Shown: in pieces, positions 36,447-49,305 of the stretch | Layout of the letters: the number at the start of each line of letters is the position of its first letter | Position numbering within the stretch: position 1 is the first letter of the stretch | Assembly (NCBI RefSeq): GCF_006345805.1 | Contig: NC_043016.1 | Location: 11,408,001-11,471,959 of the forward strand | Length of the DNA: 63,959 nt | Direction: 5' to 3' | Source of the DNA: Octopus sinensis | Taxonomy: Eukaryota | The notes under the pieces: generated by a model | Database searches by the model: none | Told to the model about the DNA's origin: nothing | Seen by the model: the letters and a program-made list of their open reading frames with translations, nothing else | Position numbers and translations under genes: made by a program

Positions 36447-37260
36447 ACATATATATGAATGTATGATGTTTTGAAGGAAAAAGAAATATCAGAAAACAAA
36501 AAGGGAAACAAAAAAACTAGATAAAAAATAACAGAAAGTACCTCGAATAATTTGGCAGAACTTTTTTGATTGAGGTGGAAGACTTGACATTAATATGTCA
36601 TGGTGTTGCGTACATAGTATAAAGGCTTTATATAATCAGAAAAAACAATATCGCCTGACACAACATCAAGAGTGGAGGTCGGGAGAGGAGGGGAGGTTGG
36701 GAATTTGGTTGATAAATATTAAGGAATATACCAAAGTTGAACATTCTCTTCTGAACTTAATCTCTTTGACAAAGAATGAGCAATGTATGAAGAAATATTG
36801 TTTTATGTCGACTTTTTGTAGTTCTTCAGCAAATTGCGATTTTTGAGACATGGCTGCTGCCGCTGCTGCTGCTGCTGATGATGATGTTAAGAGCATGGAA
36901 ATACACACACACAACACAGATTTGCTTATATGTTTGTGCATGTGTGTGTGTGTGTGTGTGTGTAATCATCATTTAATATCTATTTTCCATGCTGGCATAG
37001 GTTGGACGGTCTGACAGGAGCAAGGCCCAGAAGCCATACCAGGTTCCATTCTTAGTTTTGGCATGGTTTCTATGGTTGGATGCCCTAAAAAAAAACAGAC
37101 TATAGACACTTCTGCAGCACCTGACTTTGCTGGCTCCTATCAACTCATCTGACCCATGTCAGCATGGAAAGCAAATGGTGGTGGTGGTGGTGGTGGTGGT
37201 GGTGGTGGTGGCGGCGGCGGCTGCGGTGGTGGTGAGGATAATGACAACAATGGCGATGAT

Positions 37261-37435
37261 ACTCTTTTACTCATTTGACTGCGGTCATGCTGGAGGAAAT
37301 CGACCCTCAGAGCTTATTCTTTGTAAGCCTAGTACTTATTCTACCGGTCTCTTTTGCTGAACAGCTAAGTTACAGGGACATAAACACACCAGCATCGGTT
37401 GTCAAGCGATGCTGGGGGGACAAACAGACACACAA

Positions 37436-37496
<61 letters not shown>

Positions 37497-37660
37497 CAAC
37501 AGGCTTCTTTCAGTTTCCGTCTACCAAATCCACTCACAAGGCTTTGGTCGGCCCGAGGCTATAGTAGAAGACACTTGCCCAAGGTGCCACACAGTGGGAC
37601 TGAATCCTGGACCATATGGTTGGTAAGCAAGCTACTTACCACACAGCCACTCGTGCGCCT
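37261..37660 (-). mobile_element. SINE-A
   Basis: Reverse copy with (CA)n centre. Confidence 0.88.
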
Positions 37661-37724
37661 GATGGGGATGATGATGATGATTATTATTATTATAATGATG
37701 ATGGTGATGTGGATGATGATGATA

Positions 37725-37765
<41 letters not shown>

Positions 37766-37769
<4 letters not shown>

Positions 37770-37986
37770 GTGGGGGCACTGAAAAGTTTCTGGCATTGGA
37801 TAAAAGAAAATACAGGAGGATCAGTTAATTATGATTTTATTCAACATATTCCCCTCTCAGATTCACACACTTATTGGAACAGTTCTTCTGTTTTTCTAAG
37901 TCCTGTAAAAATAACTCAGAATGTTGGGCCTCCAACCAGACCTTTCACAATACCCATAAAGCCAAGAACATTTCAGCACTACCTCA
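37766..37986 (-). mobile_element. mariner-derived MITE
   Basis: TA|TGAGGTGGGGGCACTGAAAAGTTTCTGGC ... GCCAAGAACATTTCAGCACTACCTCA|TA; minus strand encodes the transposase end KCVNLRGEYVE*. Confidence 0.8.
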
Positions 37987-38011
37987 TATGTGTGTGTGTG
38001 TGTTTATTTAT

Positions 38012-38118
38012 ATGGCATCTTGGGCAAGTGTCTTCTGCTATAGCCCCGGGCCAACCAATGCCTTGTGAGTGGATTTGGTAGACGGAAACTGAAAGAAGCC
38101 TGTCGTATACATGTATAT

Positions 38119-38164
<46 letters not shown>

Positions 38165-38385
38165 ATGTGTGAGTTTTTGTGTATGTGTGTTTGTCCCCCT
38201 AGCATTGCTTGACAACCGATGCTGGTGTGTTTACGTCCCTGTCACTTAGCGGTTCGGCAAAAAGAGACCGATAGAATAGGTACTGGGCTTACAAAGAATA
38301 AGTCCCGGGGTCGATTTGCTCGACTAAAGGTGGTGCTCCAGCATGGCCGCAGTCAAATGACTGAAACAAGTAAAAGAGTAAGAGT
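38012..38385 (+). mobile_element. SINE-A, 5'-truncated
   Basis: Matches the family consensus. Confidence 0.88.
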
Positions 38386-38701
38386 ATATATATGTATATA
38401 GTTTACTGTTTGTTTACATGAAACACCAGCACTTAAAAGTGCACAATATGGACTTACGCTAAAAGTATGCAAAATCTGATACGTGTTTATTTACGAATAA
38501 GGTAAATAAGGGTGTCCACTCAACTGTGGATTTATTCATTTGACTGTACGCATCAACGAATTAAGAAAATGTGGTTGTTTATTTTATAAATTTTGCAATC
38601 AATGCATTTTCAAAAACTCACATGATGCCAAATGCTGATTTATCAGACCTCAAGGTCCACTTTTGAAATTCCCCCAAAAAAGAATCAAGGTCGAAAAGAA
38701 T

Positions 38702-38739
<38 letters not shown>

Positions 38740-38741
38740 CG

Positions 38742-38784
<43 letters not shown>

Positions 38785-39009
38785 CCTGTTTTTTGTGCCT
38801 TGTTTTTGCACATCTAGGTGCAGCTAAGATTGTGGTTAAGAAGCTCATTTAGCAACCATGTAGTGTTGGGTTCAGTCCCACTGCACAGCACCTTGGGTAT
38901 CTGGTTTATATTATAGCATCAGGCTGACCAGTGTCGATGAATTTGGTTGACAAAAATTATATCTTATATCTATATATGAAGTGTGTGTGTGGGGTGGGGA
39001 GAAGGGATC

Positions 39010-39330
39010 ACTCCATCAGTTATGACAATGAGAGTCCCAACTGATCCGATCAACGGAACAGCCTACTCATGAAATTAATGTGCATGTGGCTGAGTACTCC
39101 ACAGACACATGTAACCTTAACGTAGTTCTCAGCGAGATTCAACATGACACAGAATGTGACAAAGCTGGCTCCTTTGAAATACAGGCACTACTCCTTTTTG
39201 CTAGCTGAGTGAACTGGAGCAATGTGAAATAAAGTGTCTTGCTCAAGGACACAACGCATCACTGTGAATTGAACTCACAACCTTACAATCATGAGCCGAA
39301 TACCCTAACCACTAAGCCACATGCCTTCAC
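39010..39330 (-). mobile_element. SINE-D-related degenerate copy
   Basis: gatccgatcaacggaacagcc...gtggctgagtactccacagacac is shared with 13150-13250. Confidence 0.75.
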
Positions 39331-39394
39331 AACTATCTATTTATTTATATCTATATATATACTTTATTTAAAAGCAGCAGAAATTCAACAAAGC

Positions 39395-39432
39395 CTGTTA
39401 CTCGGAGTTTCACGTCTCCGTTCGTCGGACAG
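39395..39432 (-). ncRNA. Minimal type I hammerhead ribozyme motif
   Basis: ctgt CCGACGA acg-gaga-cgt GAAAC tccga GTA acag; helix I ctgt/acag, helix II acg/cgt, palindromic helix III. Confidence 0.65.
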
Positions 39433-39454
39433 TTTTGTTAAAATTTTAACAAAA

Positions 39455-39492
39455 CTGTCTGACAAACGGGAACGTGAAACTCCGAGTAACAG
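39455..39492 (+). ncRNA. Minimal hammerhead motif, G8A mutated
   Basis: ctgt CTGACAA acg-ggaa-cgt GAAAC tccga GTA acag. Confidence 0.5.
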
Positions 39493-39712
39493 GCTTTGTG
39501 TTGTATTTCTGCTACTTTTAAATAAAGCATATTGCTCTACCCCTGTATTTGAGTACTCTTTTTTTCCACCTTGTTTCACATTTATGTGTTTACTCTGGTA
39601 TATATATATATATATATATATATAGTATGAAGTGTTTTCACCAAGATGACTCGACTAGTAGGAATTTATATATACATACATATATATAATATATAATTAT
39701 ATATATACACAC

Positions 39713-39743
<31 letters not shown>

Positions 39744-39746
39744 TAC

Positions 39747-39896
39747 CAGTAATCCGTTGCCATATCACAGTTTACCTATTGCACACTCAGTATATCCAGG
39801 TTTCTGTGGTTGATAGGCATTTATATGTTTTTAGATTTTAATTATTTCTGTGTGAAGTTTTGGAACGTAACAACTGCAATCGCCGAGGGATTACTG
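39747..39896. mobile_element. pogo/Tigger-like MITE
   Basis: CAGTAATCCGTTG ... CGAGGGATTACTG TIRs. Confidence 0.6.
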
Positions 39897-39996
39897 TGTA
39901 TACATATCTATATATATATGTAAATAAATGTATAAGTATGTATTAATATAAGTGTATATGTATGTGTGTGTGTCTATATATATGTATGTATATGCC

Positions 39997-41010
39997 AGTG
40001 GGGCAAGCTAAAGGAAGTAGATAGCTTCTGTTATCTAGGTGACCAAGTTAGTAGTGGAGTGTACTCTGAGAGCGTAGCAGTGAGAACAAGATTAGGCTGG
40101 GCAAAATTCAGAGAGCTCCTACCTCTGTTGGCAACAAAGGGCCTCTCTCTCTTAAAATGAAAGGCAGATTGTATGATGTGTGTTAACAGCAATGCTACAT
40201 AGCAGTGAAACATGGGCTGTGACTGCTGAGGATATGCATAGGATATGCATAGGCTTGAAAGAAATGAAGCCAGTATGCTTTGCTGGATGTGCAATGTCAG
40301 TGTGCATGTTTGACAGAGCGTTAGCATTTTGAGAGAAAAGGTAGGCATAAGAGGTATCAGATGTGGTATGCAAGAAAGATGGCTGCATTGGTATGATCAT
40401 ATGATGCATATGGACGAGAACAGCTGTGTAAAGAAGTGCTGATCTCTAACTGGAGGAAACCTGTGGCAGAGGTAGACACAGGAAGACCTGGGACAAAGTG
40501 GTGAAGCTTGGTCTTCGAACTTTGAGCCTTACAGAGACAATGACTAATGACTGAGACCTTTGGCAGTATGCTGTGCTTATGAAGACTCGTCAAGCCAAGT
40601 GAAGTTGGTGTCATGTAACTGGCATGCACACATGCCAGTGGCACATAAAAAAATACTGCTGGAGCATTGGGCCTGACAGAGGCGAAGTGGCTGAGTTCCT
40701 TTCAGGCATTGGGCCTCACAGAGGCAATGACTAAGACCTTTGGCATCATGTCATGCTTGAGAAGAAGACCCATCAAGGCAAGCAAAATCACAGTTGTGGT
40801 AGATACCAGTGTCACGCAAATGGCACCTGTGTCAGTGGCACATAAAAGCACCCATTTACACTCTTGGAGTGGTTGGCATCAGGATGGGCATCAGGCCATA
40901 GAAAACCATGCCAAATCAGACTGGAGTTTTCTGCAGCCTTCCAGTTTGCCGGCCCTGGTCAAACTGTCCAACCCATGCCAGCATGGACAATGGACATTAA
41001 ATGATAACGA
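39997..41010 (+). pseudogene. RTE-clade LINE 3' fragment
   Basis: KLKEVDSFCYLGDQVSSG...GWAKFRELLPLLATKGLS followed by the 3' UTR. Confidence 0.9.
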
Positions 41011-41261
41011 TGTATATATATGTATGTATGGTGTTCCATTTTATGTGAATGTGTTCACGTAACTCTTGTCTTGACCTTGCACCATAGTTGTAAAATGATT
41101 CTCCCTGTTATAAAAGCAGTGCTCTTCAATTCCAATCTTCCATGTAAATAGACCGATAGAATAAGTTCTAGGCTTACAAAGAATATGTCCTGGGGTCGAT
41201 TTGTTCAACTAAAGGTTGTGCTCCAGCATGGCTGCAGTCAAATGACTGGAACAAATAAAAG

Positions 41262-41298
<37 letters not shown>

Positions 41299-41579
41299 TA
41301 TATATATATATATATATATTTGTGTGTGTATGTGTGTGTGCTTGTCCCCTACCACTGCTTGACAGCTGGTGTTGGTTTGTTTATATCCCTGTAATGTAAT
41401 GGTTGGTAAAAGAGACAAACGGATGGAATAAATACCAGGCTTTAAAAAATTAGGTGGTGGAGTGGGGGGTCAATTAATTTGACTAAAATAAAATCCTTCA
41501 AGGCAATGAATGACCCAGCATGACCACAGTGACTAAAACAAATAAAAAGATAAAAATAGAATCTTGTATGAAAATTATT

Positions 41580-41619
41580 ATTAATGATAATAATAATAAT
41601 ATTATCATTATTATTATTG

Positions 41620-41695
<76 letters not shown>
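41580..41695. repeat. (ATT)n microsatellite
   Basis: Direct reading of the sequence. Confidence 0.95.
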
Positions 41696-42069
41696 AGAGA
41701 CAAAGTCAATGCACAGGGGAAAACTAAATCTTACATAATCAACAACAATAGCAGCAGAACTTTACCATTCCACTGACAATGGAATCAATACAAAGACGGA
41801 AATCATATACATTACTCTAAGCTGTTATGTTAAAATCATTCTTAACAACAAACAGTCTCTGACATTAGAATTTCAAGCTTGGATGGCATAATTTATATCA
41901 TAAAATCTGATCTCACATACATTCATGCAATGTACTGTCATAGATACATTGATAAGTGGTTGAAAAATTTGTTTTGTAACCATGTGATTTGAGGGTTCAA
42001 ACATCACTGCATGGCATCTTTAGCAGGTGCCTTCTACTGTAGCTTCAGGTTGACAATACCTTTTCAATG

Positions 42070-42290
42070 AAAGGCGGTGAGCTGGCGGAAACATTAGCAC
42101 GCCTAGTGAAATGCTTAGCAGTATTTCCTCTGTCTTTACGTTCTGAGTTCCAATTCTGCCATGTTTGACTTTGCCTTTCATCCTTTCGGGATTGATAAAT
42201 TAAGTACCAGTTGCATTATGGGATTGATGTAACCGTCAGGCCCCCTACTCCAAAATTTCGGGCTTTGTGCCGAGAGAAGAAAAGAATATT
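42070..42290 (+). mobile_element. SINE-B2
   Basis: Head AAGGCGGTGAGCTGGCGGAAAC, core and alternative tail. Confidence 0.8.
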
Positions 42291-42439
42291 TTTTTTATCC
42301 GCTGAGGTTGACTTTGCCTTTCGTCCTTTCATGGTCGATAAATTTCGGACCTTGAGCCTGAGAGTAGAAAAAATACCTTTTCAATAAAACTGGGTAACAA
42401 GGAAACTGTACAGAAGCCCATTGTATATATATAGATATC

Positions 42440-42870
42440 TTTTTATCTTTTATCTTTTCCTTGTTTCAACCATTAGACTGTGGCCATGCTGGAGCATCAC
42501 CTTCAGGAATTCTTAGGCAAATGAATAGACTTCAGTACATACTTAACTATATTTTTTTTTTACCAAGCCTAGTACATAGTCCATCAATATTTTTTGCTGA
42601 ACTGCTAAGTTATGGGGACATAAACACACCAGCACCAGATGTCAAGCAGTAGTAGAGGACAAACACAGACTCAAAGGCACACACACATAGATATATATTC
42701 ATATATATATATATGACGGGATTCTTTCAGTTTCCGTCTACCAAATCCACTCACAAGGCTCTGGTCAGCCTGAAGCTATAGTAGAAGACACTTGCCCAAG
42801 GTGACACACAGTAGGACTGAAATCGGCACCATGTAGCTCAGAAACAAGCTTCTTACCACAGAGCCACCCC
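42440..42870 (-). mobile_element. SINE-A (diverged)
   Basis: Reverse copy. Confidence 0.8.
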
Positions 42871-42921
42871 TATATATATATACACACATATGTATGTATA
42901 CACACACATATGTATGTATAC

Positions 42922-44610
42922 ATCATCATCCTTATCACTTAACACCCTTGCCCCATACTGACATGAATTGGTCAGTTTGAGGAGGACCCAATGAATCCAA
43001 ATATTGCTTCATTCTCCAGCGTCTTCTTTGACAAGGTTTCTACAGCTCAATGCTCTTTCCAACGCCACCCACTTTTCAACAGAAAGGTGTACAGACCTTG
43101 TCAGGGTGCTGGTAAAGTGACGCTCGCAACAATCACGCTCGAATGGTGCTTTTCACATGTCATCAGCATTGGAGCCAATCTGAGGCCCCTGGCAACAATC
43201 ACACTCGGATGTGCTTTTAATGTTCCACTGGCATGAGTGGCAATTAGGCGGTACTGTGATCGGTCACGTCAGCGATTTTGGTTTGTTTACACTTGCTTCA
43301 ATAGATCTCTGCAAGCAAAGTTCATTGTCCAATGAATGAGGGGTACTCATTAGTGGGCCGGTTACACCCCACGTTCAGATGTGCTTTTAACGTTCCACTG
43401 GCACAAGTGCCAATCAGGCAGTACTGTCATCGTCCATATCAGCAATTTTGATTTTGATTTCACTTGCCTCAATAGGTCTTCACAAACAAGATTATTGTCC
43501 ATTGAATGAGGGGTTTTCATAAATGGGTTGGTTACACCCACTGGCATAGGCCATGGGCTATGGTCTCACTTGGCTTGTCGGGTCTTCTCAAGCACAGCAT
43601 ATCTCCAAAGGTCCCGGTCACTAGTCATTGCCTCAGTAAGGCCCAATGTTTGAAGGTCGTGCTTCACCACCTTATCCCAAGTTTTCCTGGGTCTACCTCT
43701 TCTACAGGTTCCCTCAACTGCTAGGGTGTGACACAGCTGTCCTCATTCATTCGCAACACATGACCATACCAGCGCAGTCGTCTCTCTTGCACACCACATC
43801 TGATGCTTCTTAAATACAACTTTTCTCTCAGGGCGCTTACACTGTCGTGTATGCACACTGACATTACACATCCAGCGGAGCATACTGGCTTCATTCCTTG
43901 CAAGAATACGCATGTCTTTAGCAGTCACAGCCCATATTTCACTGCCATGTAGCATGGCTGTTCACACACATGTGTCGTACAGTCTACCTTTTACTCAGAG
44001 TGAGAGGCCCTTTGTCACCAGCAGAGGTAAGAGCTCTCTGAACTTTACCCAGGCTATTCTTATTCTAGCAGCTACTCTATCAGAGCATCCACCCCAGCTA
44101 CTGACTTGGTCCCCTAGGTAACAGAAGCTATCAACTACTTGTAGTTTTTCTCCCCAGCATGTGACAGAAGCTGTTCTCTGCACATTTTCAGTGTTTATTG
44201 CTCCTGAGCATCTGCCACATACAAAAACTATCCTCCCCGTTAGCCTCCCTTTGATATTGCTGCACCTCTTACGTGTCCATAGCTTACACTGGGTACATCT
44301 TAAGCAGTTTCTTATTTGTTTATTGCCCACAGGGGGCTAAACACAGAGGGGACAAACAAGGACAGACAAAGGGATTAAGTCAATTACATCGACACCAGTG
44401 CATAACAGGTACATGATTTATCGACCCCGAAAGGATGGAAGGCAAAGTCGACTTCGGCTGAATTTGAACTCAGAACATAACGGCAGACAAAATACCACTA
44501 AGCATTTCGCCCAGTATGCTAACATTTCTGCCAGCTCACCGCCTTTTAAGGAGTTTCTGCTTACACCTTCTCTACAGATCGAGCAGGGCCATCTACCTGA
44601 AGGGATTTGT
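42922..44610 (-). pseudogene. RTE-clade LINE 3' fragment with Cys-rich finger, split by SINE-B
   Basis: SGRWPCSICREGVSRN..CTQCKLWTRKRCSNIKGRLTGRIVFVCGRC..VVDSFCYLGD..MLHGSEIWAVTA..ERRLRWYGHVLRM; ~170-bp tandem duplication in the 3' UTR (43208-43545). Confidence 0.9.
44313..44545 (-). mobile_element. SINE-B
   Basis: 13-bp TSD TTAAG(C/G)AGTTTCT at 44300-44312 / 44546-44558. Confidence 0.92.
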
Positions 44611-44633
44611 GGTTGTATATGTGTGTGTGTGTA

Positions 44634-44688
<55 letters not shown>

Positions 44689-44796
44689 ATGTAGGTGTAG
44701 ATGTATGGTAAGAAGTTTGCTTTCCAGTCTCATGGTACTGGGTCTACCCACAGTGATTTTCAACTTAATATTTACATGTTGTTATTTATAGCTATA

Positions 44797-45171
44797 CTAA
44801 CAGTATCGCCCGGCGTTGCTCGGGTTTGTAAGGGAAATAACTATAAAGCAATTTTAGAGAGTTATAGCCAAAAAATAGCAAAATAATGGGAAAAAAATTA
44901 TGGTAAATTTTTTTGAGAGTTAAAAAGGTCGAGTTGCGTCCCCTAGACAGTCTGTCGTTTGTGTTTCTGATTCTCGACCCCATGTCGAATTTATCGATTT
45001 TTTTCAGAACTGGGGGAACTTTTCAAAATTTTCGCTGCGTTAGTTTTGAATTATGACATTGGGCTATGGGTGTGTCAAGTTTCATCAGAATCAGTTGAAA
45101 GCCGTGGTCAGGGTGAGGGTACAACCTGACAGACACGCAGACAGACAAACTGCCGTTTACATAGAGAGAGA
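44797..45171 (-). mobile_element. Non-autonomous Helitron
   Basis: Near-identical to 33490-33874; the 3' end reads TTAG. Confidence 0.85.
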
Positions 45172-45249
45172 TTTATGTGTGTGCGTGTGTGTGTGTATTA
45201 ATTTAAATGTATAGCCAAAAGAGCTACTAATAGTTTCATACTATTATGA

Positions 45250-45500
45250 TACTTGAACAGGCAGTGGCACGTAAAAAGCACCGTTTGCCAGCCCCGTCTG
45301 GCTGCTGTGCCGGTGGCACGTAAAAAGCACCCACTACACTCACGGAGTGGTTGGCATTAGGAAGGGCATCCAGCTGTAGAAACATTGCCAGATCAGACTG
45401 GAGTCTGGTGCAGCCCTCTGGCTTCCCAGATCCCAGTTGAACCGTCCAACCCATGCTAGCATGGAAAGCGGATGCTAAACGATGATGATGACGATGACGC
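45250..45500 (+). mobile_element. RTE-type 3' tail fragment
   Basis: ggcacgtaaaaagcaccc...ccatgctagcatggaaagcggatgctaaac(gat)n. Confidence 0.8.
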
Positions 45501-45557
45501 CATGCATTTTAAAGCAATCTTTCAGGCTCTGCATATGCATTATAAATAAATAAATAA

Positions 45558-45805
45558 ATGTATGTATGTATGTATGTGTGTGTGTGTATGCATGTATGTG
45601 TGTGTGTATGTATGTATGTATGTGTGTGTGTATGTATGTATGTATGTGTGTATGCATGTATGTATGTGTGTGTGTATGTATGTGTGTGTGTATGTATGTA
45701 TGTGTGTATATGTATGTATGCGTGTATGTATGTGTGTATGTATGTGTGTGTGTATGTATGTATGCGTGTATGTATGTATGTATGTATGTATGTGTGTGTG
45801 TGTGT
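45558..45805. repeat. (TATG/TG)n microsatellite
   Basis: Direct reading of the sequence. Confidence 0.95.
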
Positions 45806-46291
45806 TTAATGTCTGATGGGCTTCCACAGGGTTTCTTTCTACAAAGTTCACATTTGCAAAATCTCGACGTATTAAGCTAAATGTTTTGTTACATAACTAA
45901 CTTTCTTCCATACAATGATATATTTGCTATAAAACTACTTTCGTTTCACACACACACACATATATGTATAAAACTATCTTTGTGATATATACAAAACTAT
46001 CTTTGCGATATATACATCTAGCCATATATCTTTGTTAAATAACTTCAGTCATGTTTACACACACATAACTTGCACACGCAAATTTATTACATATCCATAT
46101 ATTTTGTTATATAACTATGTTTTCTTAGTAGAGATCTATATTTGCTATTTAAATATCTGTGCTGTATTGATTTGTCTTATAGATCTGTTTGCTATATAGG
46201 TCAATATGAAATTCAATGTTATAGAATATCCAATTCTTTTCATTTGAGAGCTTTGCTTCTCTTGGTGAAACTCGCAGAAACCCTCTTTCTT

Positions 46292-46365
<74 letters not shown>

Positions 46366-46533
46366 GTGTGCGTGCATGTGTGTGTTTCTGAAAATGTATA
46401 TTTAGTGTAAACTACAGACGATTTTTGTAAATAAACTATATCTACACTCACTAAGCTTAAAAAAAATTATCCATAATCAACATCAATTTGGATGCAGTTT
46501 CTTGGTTAGTTACGTATTTTTCTATGTTGAATG

Positions 46534-46567
<34 letters not shown>

Positions 46568-46667
46568 ATTACATCCATTTTTACCATGATTGCATATGTA
46601 TGGGCAGGTTTCATTGCATCTCACCTCCTGACACAGCCCCTTGTCCTGTGGTACATGTGGTACATCA

Positions 46668-47075
46668 AGGCGGCGAGCTGGCAGAAACGTTAGCACGTCG
46701 GGCGAAATGCGTAGCCGTATTTCGTCTGCCGTTATGTTCTGAGTTCAAATTCCGCCGAGGTCGACTTTACCTTTCATCCTTTCAGGGTCGATAAATTAAG
46801 TACCAGTTACACACTGGGGTCGATGTAATCAACTTAATACCTATGTCTGTCCTTGTTTGTCCCCTCTGTGTTTAGCCCCTTGTGGGTAATAAAGAAATAG
46901 GTATTTCGTCTGCCGTTACGATGTGAGTTCAAATTCCGCCGAGGTCGACTTTACCTTTCATCCTTTCAGGGTCGATAAATTAAGTACCAGTTACGCACTG
47001 GGGTCGATGTAATCGACTTAATACCTATGTCTGTCCTTCTATGTTTAGCCCCTTGTGGGTAATAAAGAAATGGGT
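46668..47075 (+). mobile_element. SINE-B dimer
   Basis: One head; junction AAAGAAATAG|GTATTTCGTCTG at ~46901. Confidence 0.92.
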
Positions 47076-47357
47076 ACATGTGGTAAGAGAAAAACATCAT
47101 CAATCTCTACTGTGTTGTCTTTAGGGTGGATTTTTTGGGCATTATTTTCTTTTTTAACAGTTTATACATTTCCTATCACCGACCACTTTATAGCATAAAG
47201 TAGAGGTGAATTTTATTTTGTCTTTGGTACTAAAGAAATCTGCAATGGAACTAAAAATCCTTCTTTGCTCTATATTCAGAGTAATTGCTCTTCTTAATGC
47301 CTGCATTGCAGCTTCCTGACTCCACATCTTCAGTTGTTCTTATCTATATTTCAGTAT

Positions 47358-47576
47358 ACTCTTTACTCTTTTACTTGTTTCAGTCATTTGACTGCGGTCA
47401 TGCTGGAGCACCGCCTTTAATCGAGCAACTCGACCCCGGGACTTATTCTTTTGTAAGCCCAGTACTTATTCTATCAGTCCCTTTTTGCCGAACTGCTAAG
47501 TAACAGGGACATAAACACACCAGCATCGGTTGTCAAGCAATGCAAGGGGGACAAACACAGACACACAAACGCATAT

Positions 47577-47609
<33 letters not shown>

Positions 47610-47773
47610 CGACGGGCTTCTTTCAGTTTCCGTCTACCAAATCCACTCACAAGGCTTTGATCGGCCCGGGGCTATAGCAGAAGACACTTGCCCAAGATGC
47701 CACGCAGTGGGACTGAACCCGGAACCATGTGGTTGGTTAGCAAGCTACTTACCACACAGCCACTCCTATGCCT
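47358..47773 (-). mobile_element. SINE-A
   Basis: Full-length reverse copy. Confidence 0.92.
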
Positions 47774-48029
47774 ATGTCTTTTTCTTTTAAATCTTTTGTT
47801 TTAACAACTAGATGCCCTTCCTTATCACTGGCCACATTACAGTGCAGAATCAGTGTACTTTATCAAGACGTAGATGCTTCATCTCTATTGCAACACTGAG
47901 AAATTCCACGTAGAATACTCAACGTATGTAAAATTTGTAAAACAAAGTCAGTGTGGCAGGAAAAGGAAGTGATTTTTATTAATTGTCGATGATGATGAAA
48001 TTACTCTAACAACTTAACAACTTATACTT

Positions 48030-48370
48030 TTTAAACCTAGTACTTATTCTATTGGTCTCTTTTGCCGAACCACTAAGTTACGAGACATAAACACACAATC
48101 GGTTGTCATGTGATGGTGGGGGGGGGGGCAAACAGAGACACGAAGACGACACACACACACACATAAATACATACATCATCATCATCGTTTAACATCCGTT
48201 TTCCATGCTAGCATGGGTTGGACGGTTCGACCGGGGTCTACATACGACAGGCTTCTTTCAGTTTCCGTCTACCAAATCCACTCACAAGGCTTTGGTTGAA
48301 CTAAGGCTATAGTAGAAGACACTTGCCCAAGGTACTATGTAGTGTGACTGAAACCCAAACCATGTGGTTG
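48030..48370 (-). mobile_element. SINE-A with inserted RTE-tail fragment
   Basis: RTE tail (CAT)n cgtttaacatccg... at 48175-48240 sits between the SINE-A halves. Confidence 0.75.
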
Positions 48371-48439
48371 GGAAAAACAAAATACCTTTGCCCGTCCACT
48401 CATCCATCTATCCTGCCCACTATTCCTGGGGTTGTGGGA

Positions 48440-48625
48440 CTAGAATCTTCAGTCACATCCTCCATAGGATCCAATCAAAAATAACCATCATTAGACTTTC
48501 CCGCTCTTTCTTTAAACATGACCCACTGAGACTATAGATATCATCCAACCATTCCATTCTTGGTCTACCCCTAGGTCTTCTCTTGGTTGGCTCAGCTTGA
48601 AGACTCCATCTTCCAATTCTTTTTT
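48440..48625 (-). pseudogene. RTE-type LINE C-terminal fragment (second family)
   Basis: KRRPRGRPRMEWLDDI motif. Confidence 0.65.
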
Positions 48626-48914
48626 GCTCTAGGCACAAGGCCCAAAATTTTGGGGGTAGTGGGCCAGTCAAGTACATTGACCACAGTATGCAACTGGTAC
48701 TTAATTTATTGACCCTGAAAGGATGAATGGTAAAGTCAACCTTGGCGGAATTTGAACTCAGAAAGTAAAGACAGACAAAATACTGCTAAGTATTTCGCCT
48801 TTCTTGTAATATTCTAATCACGTGTCCAAAGTACCAGAACTGTGGATGGATGGATATATATATATATATATATGTATATATATGTATATATGTATCTGCA
48901 TATATTAACATATA

Positions 48915-49273
48915 TATACTCTTTTACTTGTTTCAGTCATTTGACTGCAGCCATGCGCCACCTTTAGTCAATCAAATTGACATCAGGACTTATTCTTTGT
49001 AAGCCTAGTACTTATTCTATCGGTCACTTTTGCCAAACCGCTAAGTTATGGGGATGTAAACAAACCACCATCGGTTGTCAAGCGATGTTGGGGGGACAAA
49101 CACATATATATGATGGGCTTCTTTCAGTTTCTGTCTATCAAATCCACTCACAAGGCTTTGGTCAGCCTGAGGCTATAGCAGAAGACGCTTGCCCAAGTTG
49201 CCATACAGTGGGACTGAACCTGGAACTATGTGGTTGTGAAGCAATATTCTTACCACACAGCCACACCTACGCC

Positions 49274-49275
<2 letters not shown>
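48915..49275 (-). mobile_element. SINE-A
   Basis: Reverse copy with a short centre. Confidence 0.85.

Positions 49276-49305
<30 letters not shown>

Larger units (their letters stand above)
39361..39597. mobile_element. Penelope-like pLTR fold-back element in (TA)n
   Basis: ~82-bp arms with no spacer (centre 39443/39444) containing two opposed hammerhead motifs; homologous to 1713-1887. Confidence 0.7.
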
